A DNA stretch of 64,000 nt, from contig OZ244052.1 of NCBI GenBank assembly GCA_965215125.1, forward strand, positions 672,001 to 736,000, written 5' to 3'. This document shows positions 59,442-64,000 of this stretch, in pieces (the stretch's first letter is position 1; every line of letters starts with the position of its first letter). The position numbers and the translations under genes are program-made. Below the pieces are notes generated by a model. The model did not search any database, was not told where the DNA came from, and saw only the letters and a program-made list of their open reading frames with translations. Origin of the DNA: an uncultured candidatus Porisulfidus sp. (GTDB lineage Bacteria > Pseudomonadota > Gammaproteobacteria > Poriferisulfidales > Oxydemutatoraceae).

Positions 59442-61180
59442 TTGACACGATTAGTGGGCAATGCGGTATTTGAAAGATTTAAGTCCGGTAATTCGTCGTA
59501 ATTGAAATTCATAAAACGTAATGTCGCCGACATGACATCCGAGAATACCGGTGCTGCCACCTTGCCTCCATAATATTCGCCGCCACTCGGTTTATCTATC
59601 ACCACCACACAAACAAAATTGGGTTGCCGTAGCGGCGCAAAGCCTGCAAACACCGAGGTGTATTCGTTATCGTCCCCTCTATCTTCAACCGACTTTCTAG
59701 TTGTGCCGGTTTTACCTGCGGTCGTGAAACCTCTGACTTTGGCAAGGCTACCGGTGCCTTCCTTAGAGATCGCGCGGTGTAACATCTTTCTAATAGATCT
59801 TGCGGTTCCGGGCTTAAAAACTTGCTCCTTTCTGAAATAAGGGTTGTCTTTTAGAAAAGTCGGATTAGGCCGCCAACCGTCGTTGGCAAAGGTAGTATAC
59901 GCCATTGCGAGTTGCAACAACGAGACCGACACGCCATAACCGTACGACATGACGGCATGATCCGTAGGACTCCACCTCTCGTGATATCTTAGTTCGCCTA
60001 TGACTTCTCCGGGAAAAACCGTGCCGGGTGTTTCCCCGAAACCGACATCGGATAAATAATTCCACAAAACTTCGCGCGGCACCGTTTGCGCGATTTTGCT
60101 AATTGCCACATTGCTGGATTTGACTATGACACCGGTGATATCGAGCTTACCGTAATTTCTTATATCCTTTATTTGTTTGCTACCACTCAGCCGATAATAC
60201 CCCGGGGTCGTATCTATTACCGTATTCTCTTGCAAGTAGCCTCCGTCTATCGCTGCCGCCATAATCATCGGTTTCATCGTAGAACCGAGTTCAAAGGTGT
60301 CGGTCACCAATCGGTTGCGATGCCTATCGGCAAAGTCATATCGGCGATCGTTGGGATTAAACGAGGGATAGTTGACGGCGACGATAATCTCACCGGTTTG
60401 TGCATTGACTACAACAATTGACCCCGATTCCGCGTTGTGCTTCGCGATTGCACTCTGCAATGCACGATACGCATAATATTGAATACGCTGATCTATACTC
60501 AGTGTCAAAGTTTTCCCGTTTTTAGGTGCTTTGAGTAGTCTAATATCGCGTATTGTACGCCTGTTTGCATCTCTCATAACCTGCTTTAATCCGGGTATTG
60601 CGCGTAAATGTTCGTCGGTATTCATCTCTATACCTTCTATGCCCTTGCCGTCGACATCGGTTAAGCCGACAATGTGCGCGGTAATCTCGCCGGTCGGATA
60701 AAAACGTTTATAAACCGGATCCAAACGAAGCCCGTCTATTCCCAATGTTCTTAGCTTGTTCTCCATATACGGTTTAATATGCCGCTTGATGTATAGAAAC
60801 CGTTTGCCATTTGCCGCCGCTAATTTTGTTCGTAATTCGTCTGCATCTATTTCTACCGCCTCGGCTATCGCTACTATGTTTTTATCGTCAAACCATAAGG
60901 GGTCTATCCCTGCCGAATAAACCGGTGCGCTAACCGCAAGTAAGGTGCCGTTCCGATCGGTGATGGAACCATCATAGGCTGGTATTTCTTTGGTGCTTAA
61001 ATAGCGCATATTGTCTTTGTTCTCTAATTCAAGACGCGGGTCGTACTGCCAATATACCGCACGGCCGATTAATCCCAACGATGCTATAAAAAACACCGTC
61101 ATCAGAAACATGCGTCTAAAATAATTATTAAACTCAGACGGTTCCTTGTGTCTCGAGTATTTGGCGTTTATATATTTCAT
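59438..61180 (-). CDS. ftsI: Penicillin-binding protein 3
   Basis: ITDRNG, STMK, SSN, KTGT, YYGG.VAAPVF. Confidence 0.95.
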   Translation of the reverse strand: MKYINAKYSRHKEPSEFNNYFRRMFLMTVFFIASLGLIGRAVYWQYDPRLELENKDNMRYLSTKEIPAYDGSITDRNGTLLAVSAPVYSAGIDPLWFDDKNIVAIAEAVEIDADELRTKLAAANGKRFLYIKRHIKPYMENKLRTLGIDGLRLDPVYKRFYPTGEITAHIVGLTDVDGKGIEGIEMNTDEHLRAIPGLKQVMRDANRRTIRDIRLLKAPKNGKTLTLSIDQRIQYYAYRALQSAIAKHNAESGSIVVVNAQTGEIIVAVNYPSFNPNDRRYDFADRHRNRLVTDTFELGSTMKPMIMAAAIDGGYLQENTVIDTTPGYYRLSGSKQIKDIRNYGKLDITGVIVKSSNVAISKIAQTVPREVLWNYLSDVGFGETPGTVFPGEVIGELRYHERWSPTDHAVMSYGYGVSVSLLQLAMAYTTFANDGWRPNPTFLKDNPYFRKEQVFKPGTARSIRKMLHRAISKEGTGSLAKVRGFTTAGKTGTTRKSVEDRGDDNEYTSVFAGFAPLRQPNFVCVVVIDKPSGGEYYGGKVAAPVFSDVMSATLRFMNFNYDELPDLNLSNTALPTNRVN

Positions 61181-61449
61181 CGCACAATAATCGGAATTTC
61201 TTTATACGGATATATCATTTCAAGTTCCGCCACCGACTTTTCTACATAGCCGGGCATGCGTAAAGTACTGTTCTCGGTCTGTAGAAGGCTCCATTCCGAC
61301 TCTAGAATATCCCGTTCGCGTTGTAGCGATTCGGATTCTACGAAAGCCATGCGATTGAGATTCTTAACGGTTACGACCGCAAGTGCGAATATAAATATGC
61401 CTATGACTAGAGATACGATGATTAATCTGTCGGTGTGCAACCCGGTCAT
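61177..61449 (-). CDS. ftsL: Cell division protein FtsL
   Basis: One TM plus leucine zipper, EW.LLQ.E motif; between rsmH and ftsI. Confidence 0.85.
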   Translation of the reverse strand: MTGLHTDRLIIVSLVIGIFIFALAVVTVKNLNRMAFVESESLQRERDILESEWSLLQTENSTLRMPGYVEKSVAELEMIYPYKEIPIIVR

Positions 61450-62354
61450 AATTTCTCCGCAACTCTAAGGCGCGCGCTACGAGCATTCGGGTTTCGCCTA
61501 AGCTCCTTATCGGCAGGCCTAATTAAATGATTGATTTTTCTAAGCCTTAAGGTCTCTGCAGGGTTTTTAGGATGCGGTAGACCGCGTACCGTTGCAGGCA
61601 CCTGACTATATTTTTTAATAAATTGCTTGACGATGCGATCTTCCAAAGAATGAAATGCAATCACCGCAAGCCGACCACCACTGTGTAGCAAATCCAAAAC
61701 ACTATCCAGTGCTTCGGATAAATCTTCAAGTTCGCGATTAATAAAAAGGCGTATTGCAAGAAAGGTGCAGGTGGCCGGATGATGATTTCTTCCAGCCGAA
61801 CCTGCAATTGTCCGAACTAGTTCACCAGTGGTCAGGAGGGGGCGACCACTAACGATTGCTCGGGCAAATCTTTTAGCCTGAGGCTCCTCCCCGTAAAACC
61901 TCAATACATGTTCTATTTCTTCTACACTTGCTTGATTTAGCCACTGTGCGGCAGTGATACCTTCGGAGGTGTCCATCCGCATATCAAGTGGTCCGTCTAA
62001 ATCAAAGCTAAACCCTCTCTCTTTTGTTCTTAATTGAGGTGATGATACACCCAAATCAAAAAAAATTCCACTAATTTTATTCTTAATATGAAATTTACTT
62101 GATAATTTTCCTAAATTTGCATGAGATTCTCTCCTGAATTCAAAGCGTTTATCGCCCATACAGTGTGATTTTGCATGTTTTTCCGCCTCCAAATCCTTAT
62201 CGTAAGCGAAAAGCCTGCCTTTATCGCTCAAACGGGCTAATAATGCGGCACTATGGCCGCCTCGTCCATAAGTGGCATCTATATACCAACCATCTTTATC
62301 TATGTTCATGGCTTCCAAGACCTCTTTCAACATCACCGGTTCGTGTCGATCCAT
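61446..62354 (-). CDS. rsmH: 16S rRNA m4C1402 methyltransferase
   Basis: HEPVML, DATYGRGGHS, DLGVSSPQL, DGPLDMRMD, FHSLEDRIVK. Confidence 0.97.
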   Translation of the reverse strand: MDRHEPVMLKEVLEAMNIDKDGWYIDATYGRGGHSAALLARLSDKGRLFAYDKDLEAEKHAKSHCMGDKRFEFRRESHANLGKLSSKFHIKNKISGIFFDLGVSSPQLRTKERGFSFDLDGPLDMRMDTSEGITAAQWLNQASVEEIEHVLRFYGEEPQAKRFARAIVSGRPLLTTGELVRTIAGSAGRNHHPATCTFLAIRLFINRELEDLSEALDSVLDLLHSGGRLAVIAFHSLEDRIVKQFIKKYSQVPATVRGLPHPKNPAETLRLRKINHLIRPADKELRRNPNARSARLRVAEKL

Positions 62355-62361
62355 TGCATCG

Positions 62362-62826
62362 TTATAGATGAAAGTTTTCGAGTACGGAATCGGCACCTTC
62401 GGTATCCATCTCTTTCATCTTTCGTTCCCTGTATTCATCCCATATCTTTTGATCCCATAACTCAAACCTGTTACCTGAACCAAGTAACACACACGACTTT
62501 TTAATTTTCATATCTTTGCGTAAAGGCGAGGGGAGTGAAATGCGCCCGTTATTATCGGGTTCACATTCCGTGGCATGGCTCAACATCATACGCCGCATAT
62601 AACCTTCTCTACCGGCTGACGATAATTGTTGTAATTGCTCTTCAACCGGTATCCAATAAAGCTTTGGGTAGATAAGTATAGATCTGTTGCCTATATTCGC
62701 AGTAACAACCAGATTGCTGTTACACAACTCGTATAATTCTCGGCGATATTTGGAAGGAATGCCGACACGATTTTTAGTATCTACCGTGACATTACTGACA
62801 CCCTTAAAACATTTTACTGTGGACAT
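62362..62826 (-). CDS. mraZ: Transcriptional regulator MraZ
   Basis: FKG, DTKNRVGIP, DNNGRISLP, FELWD; AGGAGGG RBS supports ATG 62826. Confidence 0.93.
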   Translation of the reverse strand: MSTVKCFKGVSNVTVDTKNRVGIPSKYRRELYELCNSNLVVTANIGNRSILIYPKLYWIPVEEQLQQLSSAGREGYMRRMMLSHATECEPDNNGRISLPSPLRKDMKIKKSCVLLGSGNRFELWDQKIWDEYRERKMKEMDTEGADSVLENFHL

Positions 62827-62875
62827 ACTAAATATCCCTCCTACTATTAAATAAACTTTTATCGGGAAATAATAT

Positions 62876-62939
62876 ACCACAAAAAACTACTTTTCACCAC
62901 AAAAAACTACTCTTTACCACAAAAATTACTTTTTACCAA
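62876..62939 (-). promoter_or_regulatory. MraZ-binding repeat array
   Basis: GTGGT/GTAGT at exact 10-bp period (plus-strand ACCAC/ACTAC at 62876, 62886, 62896, 62906, 62916) plus two degenerate units. Confidence 0.8.
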
Positions 62940-62960
62940 ACCTGCATTGAAATGTGTGTA

Positions 62961-62979
62961 GGGCTGTTGGAAACAGCCC
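62961..62979. terminator. Hairpin between ftsE and the mraZ promoter region
   Basis: GGGCTGTT-GGA-AACAGCCC perfect 8-bp stem; no U-tract. Confidence 0.4.
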
Positions 62980-63020
62980 CATGCGTAAAAATCTTGATAC
63001 CACTTATTGGAGAGAGTCTT

Positions 63021-63107
63021 CTAAAAATACTTTGGTGCGAATCCTAAGCGGCGGACGAACTGTATAAACACATGACGTCAACGGACAAACCACAACCTCC
63101 CGGACAT
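63021..63107 (-). pseudogene. Possible 5' relic of ftsX
   Basis: ATG just after the ftsE stop; MSGRLWFVR*RHVFIQFVRRLGFAPKYF* resembles the FtsX N-terminal amphipathic helix (by eye only). Confidence 0.35.
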
Positions 63108-63108
63108 G

Positions 63109-63756
63109 TCATATTATTGTCCCATGACTCAAATGGATAATACGACAATCAAATTTCCCTATCAAAGAGAGGTCATGGCTCGCAATTAGTACCGTTACAC
63201 CAACACCGTTAAACTCCATAAAGAGCCGTATAATCTCCTCCGATAGTTGCGGATCCAAATTGCCGGTAGGTTCGTCTGCCAACAATATTAGCGGGCGGTT
63301 GACTATAGCCCGTGCAATTCCGACGCGTTGCTGCTCACCGGCCGATAAAACTTTCGGATTCAGGTTTGCTTTATCGTCTAAACCTACCTTTCTAAGTGCG
63401 GCGCACACCCGAGATTCCGATTGCTCGGGCACCGTGCCGCAGATTTGTAGCGGCAATGAAACATTGTCGGACACCGAACGATCGAACAACAAACGGTGTT
63501 GCTGAAAAACAAATCCGATGCGTCGCCGCAGATGCGGTAGGTGGTTCTCTTTGAGCTTAGCTAAGTCTTTACCGTCTACTATTACCCTACCTTGATCGGG
63601 TTTTTCTATGCCGGGAATTAAACTGAGCAAAGTGCTTTTGCCGGCTCCCGAATGACCGGTGAGAAAAGCCATCTCTCCCGCTTCCATGCTAAAACTAACA
63701 TCGGCAAGCGCAGTTTGGTCTTGATATTTTTTACCGACTTTCTCGAAACTTATCAT
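63109..63756 (-). CDS. ftsE: Cell division ATP-binding protein FtsE
   Basis: FLTGHSGAGKST, LRRRIGFVFQ, LLFDRSV, EQQRVGIARA, ADEPTGNLD; follows ftsY. Confidence 0.95.
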   Translation of the reverse strand: MISFEKVGKKYQDQTALADVSFSMEAGEMAFLTGHSGAGKSTLLSLIPGIEKPDQGRVIVDGKDLAKLKENHLPHLRRRIGFVFQQHRLLFDRSVSDNVSLPLQICGTVPEQSESRVCAALRKVGLDDKANLNPKVLSAGEQQRVGIARAIVNRPLILLADEPTGNLDPQLSEEIIRLFMEFNGVGVTVLIASHDLSLIGKFDCRIIHLSHGTII

Positions 63757-63770
63757 GATATTCGGTTTGT

Positions 63771-64000
63771 CTATACTCGCATTATTGCAGTAGCATATTC
63801 TGCGGCATCAAATAGATGCAATTCATCCAACGCCTCACCGACTCCTATGAACCGTATCGGTATTCCGGTTTCTCGCGCAACGGCAATGATAATACCCCCT
63901 TTGGCACTACCGTCCAACTTGGTGACAATCAGACTATCTATTCCCAAAGATTTATGAAACTCGGCAACTTGTTTTTTTGCGTTTTGTCCGGTCGTGCCGT
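63771..64000 (-). CDS. ftsY: SRP receptor FtsY, C-terminal part (truncated by window edge)
   Basis: GTTGQNA, TKLDGSAKGG, PIRFIGVGE..D.L..F; TAG at 63773-63771. Confidence 0.95.
   Translation of the reverse strand, partial: GTTGQNAKKQVAEFHKSLGIDSLIVTKLDGSAKGGIIIAVARETGIPIRFIGVGEALDELHLFDAAEYATAIMRV

Noticed and set aside
62940-63108. rnpB (RNase P RNA), often found upstream of mraZ
   Set aside because: Gap too short and lacks the GAGGAAAGTCC and AACCCGGCTTA hallmarks

Overview
A gene-dense chromosomal segment, mostly core genes, from what gene content and order suggest is a gammaproteobacterium (inference). In order: fmdB-like fragment, aspS, nudB-yebC-ruvCAB, tolQRAB-cpoB-queE-queC, pilA-pilC-pilD-coaE-zapD, nadE, bamD, rluD-pgeF-clpB, plsY, bioH-bioC, tRNA-Lys(UUU), ferredoxin-hmuU-hmuV, SCO plus MauG-type peroxidase, pntAB, algZ/fimS-algR, pal, a complete dcw cluster (mraZ to ftsZ), and ftsE with the end of ftsY. 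AT-rich single genes are inserted among these: GT2, GT25 and two paralogous sulfotransferases flanking a YeeE/YedE transporter. A 4-kb foreign-looking block beside the tRNA 3' end carries an HTH pseudogene, mscS, an M14 peptidase and a protease-RimK fusion. Main observations: (1) an exact AlgR box with a partner 21 bp away upstream of the major pilin gene; (2) two families of dispersed palindromic repeats, one found only at convergent gene junctions and supplying stop codons; (3) pal sits where lpxC usually is; (4) ftsX appears reduced to a short relic and pilB is absent from the pil cluster. No CRISPR array, rRNA, integrase or transposase was seen. All calls come from motif recognition by eye; no database searches were run.
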